Below are positions 12,682-27,497 of a DNA stretch of 64,000 nt, in pieces. The stretch is from Octopus sinensis (taxonomy: Eukaryota). The translations under genes and the position numbers were made by a program. The notes under the pieces are model-generated. The model was not told the DNA's origin. It did no database searches and was given only the letters and a program-made list of their open reading frames with translations. Within the stretch, counting starts at the first letter, position 1. Each line of letters opens with the position of its first letter. The stretch spans positions 15,190,001 to 15,254,000 of the forward strand of contig NC_043007.1 of NCBI RefSeq assembly GCF_006345805.1, read 5' to 3'.

Positions 12682-13448
12682 GATATTAAGCTCCAGGACA
12701 AATCTGACCTGTTAAACATAAGTACCCAGTCTAAATTTGGATGGTATGCTTATATTACATCTATAGTATATCTGTGATTTCATTATCCAATGTGGCTTTG
12801 CTTTTTAAAGACAGCAGGAGTGGTCTAAGAGAAAGATTTGGCTACTAAATTGAAAGTACACAAATTATGACTATGTATTAAAAACGAGCACATTTTATAT
12901 TTACGTACAAAGGAAAAAAAAAAAAATATATAATGGGATGTCACTTACAAACAAAATTTCAGAAAAGCCAAAGTTCTCCAAAATTTTAATATAAATTCTT
13001 TAGAAATTTTATTAAATTCAGAAATCAATAATAACAATAATGATGCTAATTTAGTAAGTTAAATGAAAAATTATAGAACATAAATAAAATTTCAATCCAT
13101 CCATGTGCTATCATAAATAATTTAGGGAAATGTAATTATTCCTTTCAAGAAAGTGGCCATTATTATACAGTTTATTTAAACAATGTATCTTCCCTCATTA
13201 CAACCGTCCTTTATTAAAAGTATTTAAAAGATGTATATCATCCTGTGACAATGCAGTTTCCTGTTATAAAAAAAAAGCATTAAATCCAAGAGTAAAAATA
13301 TAAAATTAATTACAGGAGTAATAGTAATATAAATTCTCCAAAAGCGTAAGTTAGAAAATGTAAACTTATTTGATTTAATGGTCCATTTAGCCTTACGGTA
13401 AGATTACTATCACTAAACAACCATTGGATTTTTTTTAGATATTTTCAG

Positions 13449-13614
13449 ACAATGCATACATTTAAAAAATATTCTATAGAAACAAAATCCGTTATGCTAA
13501 TGTCAGAGGGAGGAAAAACAAAAGGTACTTCTGCTCTGATGGTCACTCAACAAGTCATGAAGCGGTCTGTGAGAAGGCATTCCCAATTCTCTCCGTCCGC
13601 CCCCCCCCGTAAAG
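13449..13614 (+). other. Candidate coding exon of an unidentified gene (weak)
   Basis: Non-repetitive GC-richer patch in very AT-rich DNA. Acceptors ttttcag (13448) or ttctatag (13479), open frame ..ETKSVMLMSEGGKTKGTSALMVTQQVMKRSVRRHSQFSPSAPPRK, and a GC-type donor AAG|GCAAG at 13614/13615. Protein not recognised. Confidence 0.25.
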
Positions 13615-14310
13615 GCAAGAGCGTAAAAGTAATATATTTGCATTTTGATACTTAATTTATATAATTCGAATCACACATAATTAATTAGAGAGCAAAAGCT
13701 TTCTAATATGTTTGGATTTAATAGGGTACATCTGATTTACGCACTTTGTGCTTGTATGTATGTATGTATGGATGGATGGATAGATGTGTTTATGTATATA
13801 TATATACATGCATGGGTACACACGCGCACATATGAATATATATCTACGTGTCTGTGTGTGTAGTTTTATATACATACATATATACATATATATATATGTA
13901 TGTATATATATATGTATATATATATATATATATGTATATATATGTATATCTATCTATCTATATATATTATATATACACAAATATATATATATGTGTATAA
14001 AACTATGATTTTGTATGTTCAGTAAGCAATGTTGCATGCGCCCCATGAAACCTGCTGGCTTCGTGCTAATGTGAGCACTTAGAGATCTTTTCCAGTATAA
14101 AAGGACTAAAAGTCCCTTTCTTCAAATATATTAAAGCTACTATGAAATCGGGAGATAAGATGAACTACATGCACTTGGCCCCTACATGTACTAAGCCCCT
14201 GCGAGAATGGGTATTGATCATTTTGCTATTTTATTCAAAGGAGAAATACGAGAGCCCAGCCATACTCTTTACAGCACGTACATACGTCCATACGTCCATA
14301 CATATAAGCA

Positions 14311-14422
<112 letters not shown>

Positions 14423-14839
14423 GAGAGAGAAAGAGAGATGCACGCATACACACAAACACACACACAGAGATTTACACAAACATGTAAATGTTCATATGCC
14501 TGTGTGTGCTTGCAGTGTTCATGTGAACATGTGTCACTTGAATGTGAACATCCGTCAAACCATTTCTTAATATTTTTGAAATTATTTCCTCCTTACTTTG
14601 AGGACCACTACGAATTGCCGCCATATTTTTTACTTCCTCTTTCTAAAATTCCAAATTGAATTTATTGGGAATTTTCTACCTACACCATTCAGTACATCTC
14701 CTATTTGAATTATTTCACGAAGAAATCTTATTTTATTCATTATATTTTCCCGTAGGTTTTAAACTACCGAGTTCTGTTTTATGAATACAGAGAAACTAAA
14801 AGATGAACTTGTCCTCCAATATTTATCAATATTGGTTTC

Positions 14840-15030
14840 AAATTTTGTCTCGCGGACAATAATATTAGGTGAAGGGCTAAGTCGAGTGATCAACTAGTAC
14901 TTATTTTATCGACCTCGAAAAGATAAAAAGTGAAGTCGACCTCGGCGGAATTAGAACTCACAACGTAAGACGGAAGAAATGCCGCTAAGCATTTTGCCCG
15001 GCTTGCTAACGATTCTGTTAGCTCGCTGCT
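14840..15030 (-). mobile_element. SINE group S1, diverged
   Basis: Reverse complement of the S1 head and core. Confidence 0.8.
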
Positions 15031-15057
15031 ATATAAATATAATTAACCATTTATCAA

Positions 15058-15380
15058 TATTTATTATATAAAATCCGTTCTGTCAGTCTGTGTGTGTGTG
15101 TGTCTTCTAGTATCTCGGGCATCCTCCATCCGATTGCGCTCAGATCGATTCCTGGTGAGAATGCGATCGATAAAGTACGCGTAAGTACATCAGTTGTTGC
15201 GATCGATACTACGCGTACGCGAGAAAAATGCACGGTGTCTCAAATTTAGGTTAAATCAGTGTTTCTCAAAGGGGAGGCCTATGGGACGGTCGGACAAGCT
15301 GTTTTGAGAAAATTTGGTTTAAATGTTCGACAACTCAGCACCGCTCATTGGACGGCGGGGGGCGTTTTGCTCGTTAATTA
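15058..15380 (+). mobile_element. Non-autonomous Helitron-like element, internally deleted copy
   Basis: TATTATATAAAATCCGTTCT start, short microsatellite, CCGATTGCGCTCA block and TGTCTCAAATTTAGGTTAAATCAG block shared with 43644-44030. Superfamily is inferred from the 5' TC..TATATAAA-plus-microsatellite layout; no CTAG 3' end found. Confidence 0.55.
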
Positions 15381-16489
15381 TAATTTGGGTTTACATTCAA
15401 AATCCAGAAAACGAAATACTGAAGTTTAATCTTTCATTTGTTAATAAAATATTTCGACTTAAGTTGAATATTAACCGTTCCTGAGTTCGTCACAAGTCCA
15501 GCAATTGTAAGGGGAGAGAATTGGCCGATATCATGGAACCCCCACCACCACCACCGCAGTTGACTGACACTTTATTTTATCGACTAAATAAAAGGATGAA
15601 CGGCAAAGTTGATCGCCCCGGGATTAGGACTCAGAATGTAAAGTGTTAGAATAAAATTATATTATTCCCTTCATGGGACTGTCACATTAAGTTGACAGCA
15701 TACAACTTTAAAAATTATATGCCTATCTATATAGCTGTCTCGTAATCTATTATGTATGTATGTATGTATGTATGTATGTATGTATGTATGTATGTATGTA
15801 TGTATGTATGCATGCATGTATGTATGTATGTATGTATGTATGTATCTGTCTGTCTGTCTGTGTCTCTGTCTCTCTGACTGTGTGTATGTGTGCGCGTGCG
15901 TGTGGTTGTCTAAAAAGAAGGAAAATACATTCAATACTTAAAGTACTGATTGCAAGTTTTATTAGACTTCAAAGTGTCTCAAATTGTTACTTTGAGACTC
16001 ACGTTACCGATTACAAAACGATCGAAGAAGGGGAGCAACGTGACAATATATAAGCAAAGTTCGTATGTCATTACGTTCTGAGTTTGAATTTCGCAGAGGT
16101 CGCCTTTGACTTTCATCTTGTTCTTTTTCGTTATTCATCAATGCTACAACAGTATTAGCAGTGGTTACTCTCTGCGCTTTTATGTGTTTCGGATATACGA
16201 CACTGGAGACAAGGAAATATCGTGTGTTTTTGCTTGTGGCTGTTGAAGAGTTGAATGTGTGAGGCATTTTAACGATACAGGAAACTTTAACTTCTTACAC
16301 TGTAAACTCTCCATCTGGTGGGTAACTATGAAGTAAAACCGTGGTTAAGGCTAGGATATAACCCCACCGTCGTTCTAAAAATCCAGGAAGCACAATGATG
16401 GGGACTATATATAAAAAAAATTCAGGCAAAAGAAGTGAAGTGAGGACATATATGTTTATACCATTTGTTAACAAATGGTATAAACACAT

Positions 16490-16685
16490 ATTCTCTCACT
16501 TCTCTAATCTTGTGAATTAGCCACTACACACATTTTTTCTCTCCTTATTTTTTCTGTGTCCCTTTCTGTAGAAGAGCGTAGGCTCGAAACGTAAAAGACT
16601 TTTTCTAATCCTGAGCGTTATACTAATACATCTGTTTGTTTTGTACACCACCTGTCTTCGTCTTTTGTTTTTTCGTAAACTCTCC

Positions 16686-16690
<5 letters not shown>
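16490..16690 (+). mobile_element. Penelope-like pseudo-LTR fragment (type A variant) with mutated hammerhead
   Basis: 16562-16597 cttt-CTGTAGA-a-gagc(gtag)gctc-GAAA-cg-TA-aaag (A6>U). The 3' part TACACCACCTGTCTTCGTCTTTTG recurs at 46545-46590; both abut TA/TG tracts. Confidence 0.55.
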
Positions 16691-16724
<34 letters not shown>

Positions 16725-17095
16725 TTTGTGAGTATGTGTCTGTGTGTATGTGTGTGTGTGTTTGTGGATGGAAAGATCTTATGGCTTGTTGCTTAATGTT
16801 CCAGACAGCGGGAGTAAACCTATAACCAGGTGATTTAGAAGCAAATTTCTTGAATATGTGGCTATTCCAGATCCGGGTATAGAGAAAGTGGCTGGTTTAG
16901 AGAAACAGTAATCGGTAATAAATGCGTCAAATTTTGGCAGAAGGTCAGTAATTTTAGAGGCGAAGGATCTGTCGATTATGTTGAGCCCAGTACTTGACTC
17001 ATACTTTACTTTATCGATCCCGAAAGAACGAAAGGGAAAGTTGACATCAGCGGGATTTGAACCCAGGACATATCTGAGACCCTCTTCGGTCATGA

Positions 17096-17415
17096 CACAG
17101 ACCATGGGATTGCACCTAGAAAGTTACCCTCCCAGGCACAAGTCCGGGAAAGGTTGTTTATGGAAGACCAGCAGTCGTCCATGCATACCGGCCTCTCCTC
17201 TCCACGCCATCAGTGTTATCCAAGGGAAAGGCAAAGGGGCCGATAGAGCTTGGCACCTGTGACGTCGCAACTCATTTCTACAGCTGAGTGAACTGGAGCA
17301 ACGTGAAATAAAGTGTCTTGCTCAAGAACACAACACGCAGCCCGATCCGGGATTCGAGCTCACAACTTCACGATCGTAAGCTCGACGCTCTAACCACTGA
17401 GCCATGCGCCTTCAC
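17096..17415 (-). mobile_element. SINE group S2 (core B, tail W)
   Basis: Minus-strand GTGAAGGCGCATGGCTCAGTGGTTAG head plus core B and a distinct ~180-bp tail. Confidence 0.85.
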
Positions 17416-18104
17416 TCAGGACACATAGAACCAGAAAAAATACTGCAAATATTTTGTCTGATATTCTAACAATTCTGTTGCTTCGCAGTTTCATAATCGG
17501 CAATAATGGTAGCCGTAGACATCATGAAGAGAGGATATCGCTCGGTCATGGATGAAAGATCATCACCCAATTAGTTAGATGGCCAGATATCTTTTGATGC
17601 GGTCTGTTACGCTTATGCGTTTAGCAGAAGCAACAGAACATTTTATGAGATTAAAAATGGCCTTACCGCATTTTTTTTTTCTAAATCCTTTATATTAGCG
17701 ATGTTTCCATATCAATGCTGCAATGCGATAATCATATCAAAATCTTCTTTAATCTGCACGTGAGGTGTTATTCGATAAAACCTCTTAAGCTGACGTTAAG
17801 AATAATCAGGAGTTTCTGTTGATACTCTTAGGACTATAACCGACTAACCGACCTAATATACTCAACACGTGACATTAATTCTATTGACAAAAATTAACGA
17901 GGATACTGGAACCGTACAGGCTGCTTAGAGTGTAGGAAGCTGAACTAATTGAACAAAGAAAGCCAGATTAAATGTATTTCAGTGCATAATTTCAGCGTAT
18001 TTTGAGTTCGATATAATTTTAGTGTGTATTTTCCTTTGTAATCGAATGAAATAACAGTCGACGCCATGCAGCAGTTGCTTAAATCAATATTCCTAAAAAG
18101 CATC

Positions 18105-18514
18105 TACTCTTTTTTTTTTACTCTTTTACTTGTTTCAGTCATTTGACTGCGGCCATGCTGGAGCACCGCCTTTAGTCGAGCAAATCGACCCCGGGACTTA
18201 TTCTTTGTAAGCCCAGTACTTACTCTATCGGTCTCTTTTGCCGAACCGCTAAGTGACGGGGACGTAAACACACCAGCATCGGTTGTCAAGCAATGCTAGA
18301 GGGACAAACACAGACACACACACATACATATATACACATATACATATATACGACAGTCTTCTTTCTGTTTCCGTTTACCAAATCCACTCACAAGGCCTTG
18401 GTCGGCCCGAGGCTATAGCAGAAGACACTTGCCCAAGATGCCACGCAGTGGGACTGAACCCGGAACCATGTGGTTGGTTAGCAAGCTACTTACCACACAG
18501 CCACTCCTGCGCCT
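18105..18514 (-). mobile_element. tRNA-derived SINE, group S3, with internal microsatellite and (GAGTAAAA)n tail
   Basis: Minus-strand head AGGCGCAGGAGTGGCTGTGTGGTAAG...GGTTCAGTCCC, CORE-like CTTGGGCAAGTGTCTTC, internal (TA)/(TG) tract. An older diverged copy follows at 18533-18850. Confidence 0.92.
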
Positions 18515-19046
18515 ATAGATATTTTTTTATCTTTTACTTATTTCACTCATTGGATTGCAGTCATACTGAAGCAATGCTTTGAATGGTTTTAGTATATCAG
18601 ACTGACTCCAATGCTTATTTTAAAGTTTGGTACATATTCTAAACCAGCACTGGTCGTCGTTAAGCGGTGGAAGGACAAACGCAGGCACAAAGACGCACAC
18701 AAATATTCGGCAGGATTTCCCACTGTTTCCGTTTACCAAATTCCCTCACAAAGTGCTATGATAGAAGGCATTTGCCTTAGGTATCGCGGAGGGGGATTGA
18801 ACTCAAATCCACATGGCTGCAAGGCGAACTTCTATAAACACAGACATGTCTGAGCTTAAATATGAATAACACTATGATAAGAGTATTAAAGGCAGAAATC
18901 GACCGATATTTTATTTGAGAAACAGAGTAAGAAATCAGATGATAATAATTGAATCAATTTATTACTTGTCCTACACTCTGATACAAATTGATACGACATT
19001 CATCGATTACTGACGTAGTATATTCAACATTATTAAGGCGGCGAGC

Positions 19047-19191
19047 CCAGGACTTATTCTTTGTAAGCCTAGTACTTATTCTGTCGATCACTTATGCAGA
19101 AACACTAAGTCACGTGGACGTAAACACACCAACATCGGTTGTCAAGTGATAGCAAGGGGGCAAATACAGACACACAAATACACACACACAC

Positions 19192-19270
<79 letters not shown>

Positions 19271-19316
19271 ATCTATCTTCTATCTATCTATCTTCTATCT
19301 ATCTATCTATCTATCT

Positions 19317-19362
<46 letters not shown>

Positions 19363-19500
19363 GACGGGCTTTCAGTCTTCGTCTACCAAATCCACTCACA
19401 AGGCTTTGATCTATAAGTTGAAAACACTTGCCCAAGGAGCTGCGCAATGGGACTGAACCGGCAACCATGTGGTAAGGAAGCAAGCTTCCTACCACACACA
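19047..19500 (-). mobile_element. SINE group S3, 3'-truncated, internal tract expanded to (TA)n(AGAT)n
   Basis: Colinear with 18105-18514. Confidence 0.85.
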
Positions 19501-20339
19501 CACGTCAATTGATGCTTTTTAACTGATTATTTACGTATGTGGGACCGTTCTCTCTGCGTATTTAGCATGCAGAGTGCACCACCCTAATGTAGTTTCCCTC
19601 AACTGTATCATTAACTGTGGCTCGTTTCTCGGCACTGAACAAGATCACGTGCCTACCTTACAACTACTGATGTTATGAAGAATATATATATTACGAGAAA
19701 CGTAATCAATCACTGCCACTTGTGGACCAATTCCTTACTATTCCTACCGACAATTCTGAAATTACAGTTTTACAAGAAGATGCAGTATGACGAAATAGTA
19801 AAGAAGTTTTGCATCTCAGCTTCGAGGCCTCGCAATCTAGTACACAGCGTAGATTTTTGGGCAAATGAAATATTTTATAGCTTCAGATTGTCCCATATCT
19901 TGTAAGTGATATCGGATAGAAGAAAAGTCAACACAAGTCCGTCGAATGGATTGTACATGTAAGCCGGGTCGCTTACATAGCAGCACGTTGGTTCTGCCCG
20001 CAAATTACACAAAAGGTACATGTGTCAGAGAAATGTTAGGCCTCTCAGATGTTAATTCAGGGATACATATTTTCACAGTAAATATATATATATGACAAAG
20101 GAATAAGAAAGAAATTATCATGAACTTCATTAGCTCCGACGATAATACACAGGCATTGAATTATGAGTGCATTGCATCTAGCAGCAGAAACAGCTGGAAA
20201 CTAATGAAGTTTTTGGCATGACTGTTTATTCCTTTGTCGTTGTAATTTCTTATAACTGCTCTGTACTCAACTGATGCTTCGTTTTGAAACATATGAATAC
20301 TGAGTTCGAACACTAGGCGTTACCCAAACGAAAATAATG

Positions 20340-20588
20340 ATAACAAGAATACTAAAAATCAATCCTACCGCTCTCAAAAATTAAGTAAAAAAAAAAACTG
20401 GTAATATAATCAGAATCCTTGTCCGGTACCGGATCGATCCCAAAATCTAATTAGTTCGTGCCAGTCACGAGGCCAAACATCCCTGAAAGTTTCATCCGAA
20501 TCCAAACAGCGGTTCTTGAGATATCTTGTTCACGGACAAACAAACACGACTGAAAACAATACCTCCCGCCTTCGCTAAGGCAGAAGTA

Positions 20589-20590
<2 letters not shown>
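20340..20590 (+). mobile_element. Helentron/DINE-1-like non-autonomous element
   Basis: AAGTTTCATCCGAATCC..GAGATATCTTGTTCACGGACAAACAAAC followed by the terminal hairpin TACCTCCCGCC-TTCGCTAA-GGCAGAAGTA. Family assigned from recalled layout only. Confidence 0.5.
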
Positions 20591-20620
<30 letters not shown>

Positions 20621-20621
20621 G

Positions 20622-20682
<61 letters not shown>

Positions 20683-21142
20683 AGATAATGAGGATGATGA
20701 TGATGGTGATGATGTGTGTGTATGGATGTATGTTATACCTAAATTTATATTAAAAATAAGTGGGCGTTAGAATTCTTCATATATAATTGCTTCTCATCAG
20801 TCCTCTAACATGTCAATGTCTTTAGGCCAATGATTTTTTCCTCGCTTCGTCACAAGAAACTATTATCTTTATAACGTCAGTAGTTATAAAAGGGAATATC
20901 TACTTGTGAGAAACTAGTGAGGTTGTGACAGCGATGTATATTGGAAAAAAACTAATCAAATGAAGGTCGATTCTTCACTTTCAGTTATCAAATATTCTTT
21001 GATTTAATCACAATACGTTTCCACATTGACGCTAAACAGATGTTGATTAAGTGTATTGTGTATCATTAAAACGTACTTTTGTTTAAGATAACGCTATGCT
21101 GCTGGTACTTTTAGCGATATGTGTGTCTGTGGGTGAATATAA

Positions 21143-21198
<56 letters not shown>

Positions 21199-21256
21199 GC
21201 ACAAATAAATGTATGTATATATCTATTTATCTAAATAAAATGCAGTGTACATTAAA

Positions 21257-21513
21257 GTACATTAAACACGTTAAGGGGCTTCCACCATAAGAATCCTTTA
21301 CGCTAGAAAGAACAGTTAAAGTCCAAACCACTAATTAGGGATACATTCTCGAAGGGAATGAAAAATAATAACATTTACCAAATAATTCCTGGACCATGGT
21401 TTCTGACTTATTCCCTTCGAGAATTTATCCCTAATTAGTGGTTAGGACTTTAACTGTTCTTTCTAGCATAAAGGATTCCTATGATGGAAGCTTCATAATG
21501 CGTTTTAATGTAC
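21257..21513. mobile_element. Foldback/MITE with ~103-bp inverted arms
   Basis: 21257-21359 versus 21410-21513; the inner ~80 bp are ~93% complementary; 50-bp spacer. Confidence 0.82.
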
Positions 21514-21718
21514 ACCGTATTTTATATGAATAATATTTAGTTTATTGACTAATTTTTCAATACGCTAGGCCACTGGTAGTAAAAATTATATAATTAAGGG
21601 TTTAGCAAAAAGTTGCTTCCTCACATACCGAAAATCTAGACATAGCAGTCAAAAACCGCTAATTCTTTTAACTACAATATAACTCCGCAGACAGCATGAT
21701 TTCACTCCCTGATCTGTA

Positions 21719-21755
<37 letters not shown>

Positions 21756-21778
21756 ATATTATATATATATATATATAT

Positions 21779-22174
<396 letters not shown>

Positions 22175-23055
22175 TTATCTTCAGAGAGAAATCAACAGAT
22201 CTTCATGCTGAATATATATAAATATCACCAAACAATCTGAAAGGGCCTGTAAAGGTTTGGGCCTGTCCCTCATTTTCTGATAAAACAGTCAGAAGTGATA
22301 TAACCCACATTATTCCTTAGAGACACCGCTGAATACGTTGTCTTTTTATAATGAATCAAGGACCGGCTAGTCTGGTGATAGCCATCATCTTTCTTCTGTC
22401 TCTTGAAAATTGTCGAATTGTCAGGTACCAAACTTCAGACGAATGTCATTTTTGGAATCTTTTCAAAATTTCTAACTATTCTTCCAAGTCGGATATTTCA
22501 TTGTTGACTTGTCTCCATTTTTTTGTGATATTTATCAGTCATCTAACTCATCTCATACCATTCTCCACTCTGTCTCTCTTCTTTCTCTTCTTAGTTTTTC
22601 TCTCTTCTTTCTTCTCTTTCTTTCTCGATATTTCTCGACATCTTTACTCCACTTCTCATCCATGCAATATTCTTTATTTTTCTTCTCCAAATCTTCAATT
22701 GAAACTTTCCTTTTGTCTTTTGAAATCTTTCTTTTAAAAAATTTCCAGCCTAGTATCGATTAACTTTGCTTAACAGTTGAAATGTATTGACGTAAGGGAA
22801 GGAAATAGAGCGATGGTACTGAAGATGGTGGTGTTGGCGGTGGGGATTTTACAGGTGGCTGGGAGGGGAATGAAGAAAAAGTGAATAAGGCCAGAAATCA
22901 ATGTTGCTTCACACAAGTGATTATTGGACAGAAGATTGCAATTCTGCTAATTTTTTTTCTTTTCTTTTCAAATTCGACAAACTCAAGCTGATAGAAATAA
23001 CATCAACAATAACAACAAGGAAATCACAACATTAAAATAAAATAAAATAGTAATG

Positions 23056-23112
<57 letters not shown>

Positions 23113-23136
23113 TAATAATAAAAATAATGCTAATGC

Positions 23137-23202
<66 letters not shown>

Positions 23203-24871
23203 TAATAATAATCGCTAAGAGAATAATGCAGTACTTTCATATAAGGAAGAACAGTTGTGATTTTAATTTTGAAGTTCTGGTTTTTCTTTGTTATATCGTT
23301 TGTTTGTTATTTTACAGTTTTTATTTTTTAATTTTTTAAGATATTCAGCCATGAATTTGGAGCAGAGGAAAGACGCAATATATTGGTAATCTAAATTGTC
23401 ATATATAAAAGATGTGAAGATATTTTCGAGAAAGTTTAATAAACGATGTAAAGGAGAATAAATAAAATAAGATAATATACAAGAGAAAATACGAATATAT
23501 GAATAAATTATTAAAATAACACACATTTTCTTTCTCTTATAATCTTATAGTATTATTCTATTTTGAATTTACTTTCACTATTTCTATTCACAGAATTTGT
23601 TAATATGTTGATACTAATTCAATGTGAAGTTAGCAGCCTATAAAATTCTTAACTGCATATGTATAGCAACGCATGAATTGCGCCATTATCGGCCATTATT
23701 CATAAACTATAAGATCGTGTCTTGATTTTTCTCAGACTCTTCAGATTTTAACTAATCGAAACTGAAGGGTTTCTTTTTTGTTCTCTGAAATTATTTCAGT
23801 CGAATTAAATACCATAAAACATATTTAAAATGAAAAAAAAAAAAATCTTCTTGATGTCTACAGGGAACATTAAAATAAAAATGAAATAAAATGAAATAAA
23901 ATGAAATAAAATGAAAGGGAAATGTGATAGCGAAGAATATGAATCATATACTTACCATTTTCTATTTGCTCCTAATTTTCGGTAAGAAAAAAATGCTTAA
24001 GAAACCAAGTATAGGATAATATGTGACACACGAAAACCAGCTGAAGAAATGGTGAAATACGATATGCAAAAGTGTTTTATCCGAGCTAAACCGGAAGTGA
24101 ACCGTATTGATGTCAAAGAATAGAAAAGAAAAAAGATGAAAATGTAAGAGATAGTGTGATGTAGTAAAATAAAAATGAACAGGTGGACAGATGAACAGGT
24201 AGGCGGGGTTGGTTGTGGATGATCAAAGTACGTTTACCTGTTCAAATTAAGTAGTGTAGTCGTTCGTACACATGCAACGATATATTCGCTTTTTAAGCCT
24301 TACCTCGAGGTACACTTACGTAAATCGACATAAACCGTTTACACGCACGCACATATATATACACACATATACACATATTCTCACAAACGCATTGACATAG
24401 ACACATATATACACAAACACACTCTGATAAATGCACATGTATAAAAAAAAATCACTTCTACACATTCACACGCACGTACACGATAAAAGTCATGCAACAA
24501 ATACGCACACATAGACAGGCTGCCACAGACTCCCGCATCTGTTTTATACATACACAAATATACGTCCACAAACCGCACATACACGGACAAAAGCAAATAA
24601 AATGATTCACACACACATACACGCACAAAAAAATACACACACTGACACACACACAAACACATGTAGTCACACACGCGCACACATATACAAAATATAAACA
24701 CACATCCTCATGCACACACATATTCACAAACGTTTTAACATGCACTCACTCTGATATATGCACATGTATGTAATATATATATATACATACACATACATAT
24801 ACACACAACATACACACACATATATATGTATATATATATATATGTTATATATATACATGTATATATTATGT

Positions 24872-24904
<33 letters not shown>

Positions 24905-24926
24905 ATATATATATGTGTGTGTATAT

Positions 24927-24957
<31 letters not shown>

Positions 24958-25529
24958 TGTACACATGAGCGCCCATGTAACGTGCTGTCAGCAATTACAT
25001 AAACATTTACTCTGAAGTAAATATAAACAACAAACACATATCCGTCAGCAGACGCGTAACACGTCGTTTAATAGCACTAATACAGTCTAGTCTATATATT
25101 CCCATAAATATACATTGACACACAATGTAATGCATGTCCAGCTACATGCGACACAGACAGGCAGAACCTTATTTGGTATGCTATATCAACTCACATACAC
25201 GTGTGTGACGCCACGATTATAGGATGTAACATACATAACTGAAACGAAAGATATATATATATATATATATACAACGACCTCGAACCCACAAGAGTAAACA
25301 AGAGAGACAGAGACAGGCAGAAACAAGGAAAATGTCCTTTTGTATCTGAATACTATGCAAATATTCTTTTAAAAACCTTTTCTTTTAATTTTTCCAAAAT
25401 TTAATTATTTTCCATACTTCCAGTTGAAAAAGTATCAATGGCTGAAACCGGTACTGAAATGTTATTTTATAAAATCATTTTAGCATTTTCTAGCTTAACT
25501 TTTTTTTCCATATATATATATATATCCAA

Positions 25530-26087
25530 AAAGATGGCTCCCTCACAGATAGTCCAACCAGGATCTGTGAGGTACTGAATGACCAGTTTAAAAGTGTCAT
25601 TACCACCCCGTTGGAACAGAGACAAGTTAACGAACCAGTGAACTTCTTTGCCGCCTCACCTATAACCAGTGATGCAATTACGATGGAATGCATCAACATA
25701 AGGGAAGAAGATATACTACTAGCCATAGATGAAGAGGACGCAAACTCAACTGCTGGTCCTGATGGTTTCTCAGCAATCCTCCTCAAATCGTGTAAGCACG
25801 CCCTGGCAAAACCCCTCCAAATTCTCTTCTACAGTTTTCTTGCAGATGACAGACTGCCAAGCAAACTGAAGGAGGGAATTATATTCCCTATCCACAAAGG
25901 AGGAAGCAGAGCAAAATGCCAAAAATTATAGGCCAATCTCTGACTTCACACATCAGCAAAGTCATGGAACGGATAGTCAGAGGGAAACTAATTGCATTGC
26001 TTGAAGAAAATAACTTGCTGAGTGATGCCCAGCATGGCTTTCGACCAGGTAGGAGCTGCCTGAGTAAGCTCTTACAACATTATGACT
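25530..26087 (+). mobile_element. CR1/L2-like LINE ORF2 fragment (linker and RT N-terminus)
   Basis: ICEVLNDQFKSV..TAGPDGFSAILLK..LAKPLQILF..IIFPIHKGG, frameshift near 25920, then NYRPISLTSHISKVMERIV..QHGFRPGRSCLSKLL. Confidence 0.9.
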
Positions 26088-26210
26088 GAGAACTTTATGG
26101 CATTATACCTCAAGGTAGATAGGCCAGAATGTAAAACCGTAACGCATTAGAAATAATATATTTCTAAATCTCTCGGTAACATTTATGCAATAGCAGCAGC
26201 ACGATAAAAT

Positions 26211-26378
26211 GATAGCATGTTGTCAAATTAATGTGACAGTCCCATGAAAGGTAAGAATACTACTGTTTCCTGTTTGACTTGACACATTTCCAACAGGAAA
26301 CGGTATTTCCTAGGGCTAAATAACAGTAGAATTCTTCCCTTTTATGGGACTGTCACATTAAGTTGGCAACATGCTATC
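26211..26378. mobile_element. MITE with ~41-bp imperfect TIRs
   Basis: GATAGCATGTTGTCAAATTAATGTGACAGTCCCATGAAAGG versus its complement at 26337-26378. A solo arm occurs at 15667-15702. Confidence 0.75.
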
Positions 26379-26399
26379 ACATTAACACATTAGTATCAA

Positions 26400-26583
26400 C
26401 ACGGCCATATTTTACGCTCAAACTGACCAGATTAGGCTGATCGCACCTGACCTGCAATGTCATTCTAAAAATAAGCAATCGTACCATTGAAGTCTTAAAG
26501 CTACAAGATAATATATGATAAATTGAAAGCAATGTAAATAGGCAAACATTTACATTTGAATAACCTGAATGCTAAGGGGTTAA
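26400..26583. mobile_element. End of a piggyBac-like non-autonomous element
   Basis: Ends in GCTAAGGGG-TTAA (CCC terminus plus TTAA target); other end not found. Confidence 0.4.
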
Positions 26584-26640
26584 ACACATTGACAACTGAT
26601 AACTCCCTATCTCTTCTCTCTTTCTTTCTTTCCTTCCTGC

Positions 26641-26718
<78 letters not shown>

Positions 26719-27217
26719 CTCTTTCTTTCTTTCTTTCCTTCATGTGTGCGTGTATGTTTGCGGGCATATGCAAAAATAGCGAGACTAGTAGTGGTCTGTA
26801 TTTGTAAAAACTGTATTTATTGGTAAAGTCTGAAGTTCTTATGCTGCTGGGAGAACGGATTCTTTTATGTATGCTTTATCAAAAAAAAAAAAAAAAAACG
26901 TTCAGAGAAGGCTTTTACTATTTAATTCTATTTTTTCTAAATTCTTATATTCAATAATATTGTGAGTGTGTGTATGTGAGTGTGTGTGTGTGTGTGGAAA
27001 TGAAAGCTAGTGAGGTGGTAGCACAGCACTCGTTGTATTTGTGAACACAAGTAGTGTATAGGTCTGGCTGCGCTTCTACTATGCCCATGTCTGAGAATCA
27101 CAAAGTAGACGCAAAATATTATAGCGGACAGACAAGGTATATTCATCAACCAAACTCTTCAAGGTAATGTTTCAATGATTGAGACAAATATATGTGTGTG
27201 TGGTATATGTATATATG

Positions 27218-27300
<83 letters not shown>

Positions 27301-27440
27301 TATATATTAGTTATTGCGATACGTCAATACATCATCTTTGAATACATCAATAAAATTCTATCGAAACCGCTGTCGCAAAGTTTAAAGCCCATTTGATTTG
27401 TGTTTTGTGTTCTTACGTATATACATACATACATACATAC

Positions 27441-27497
<57 letters not shown>

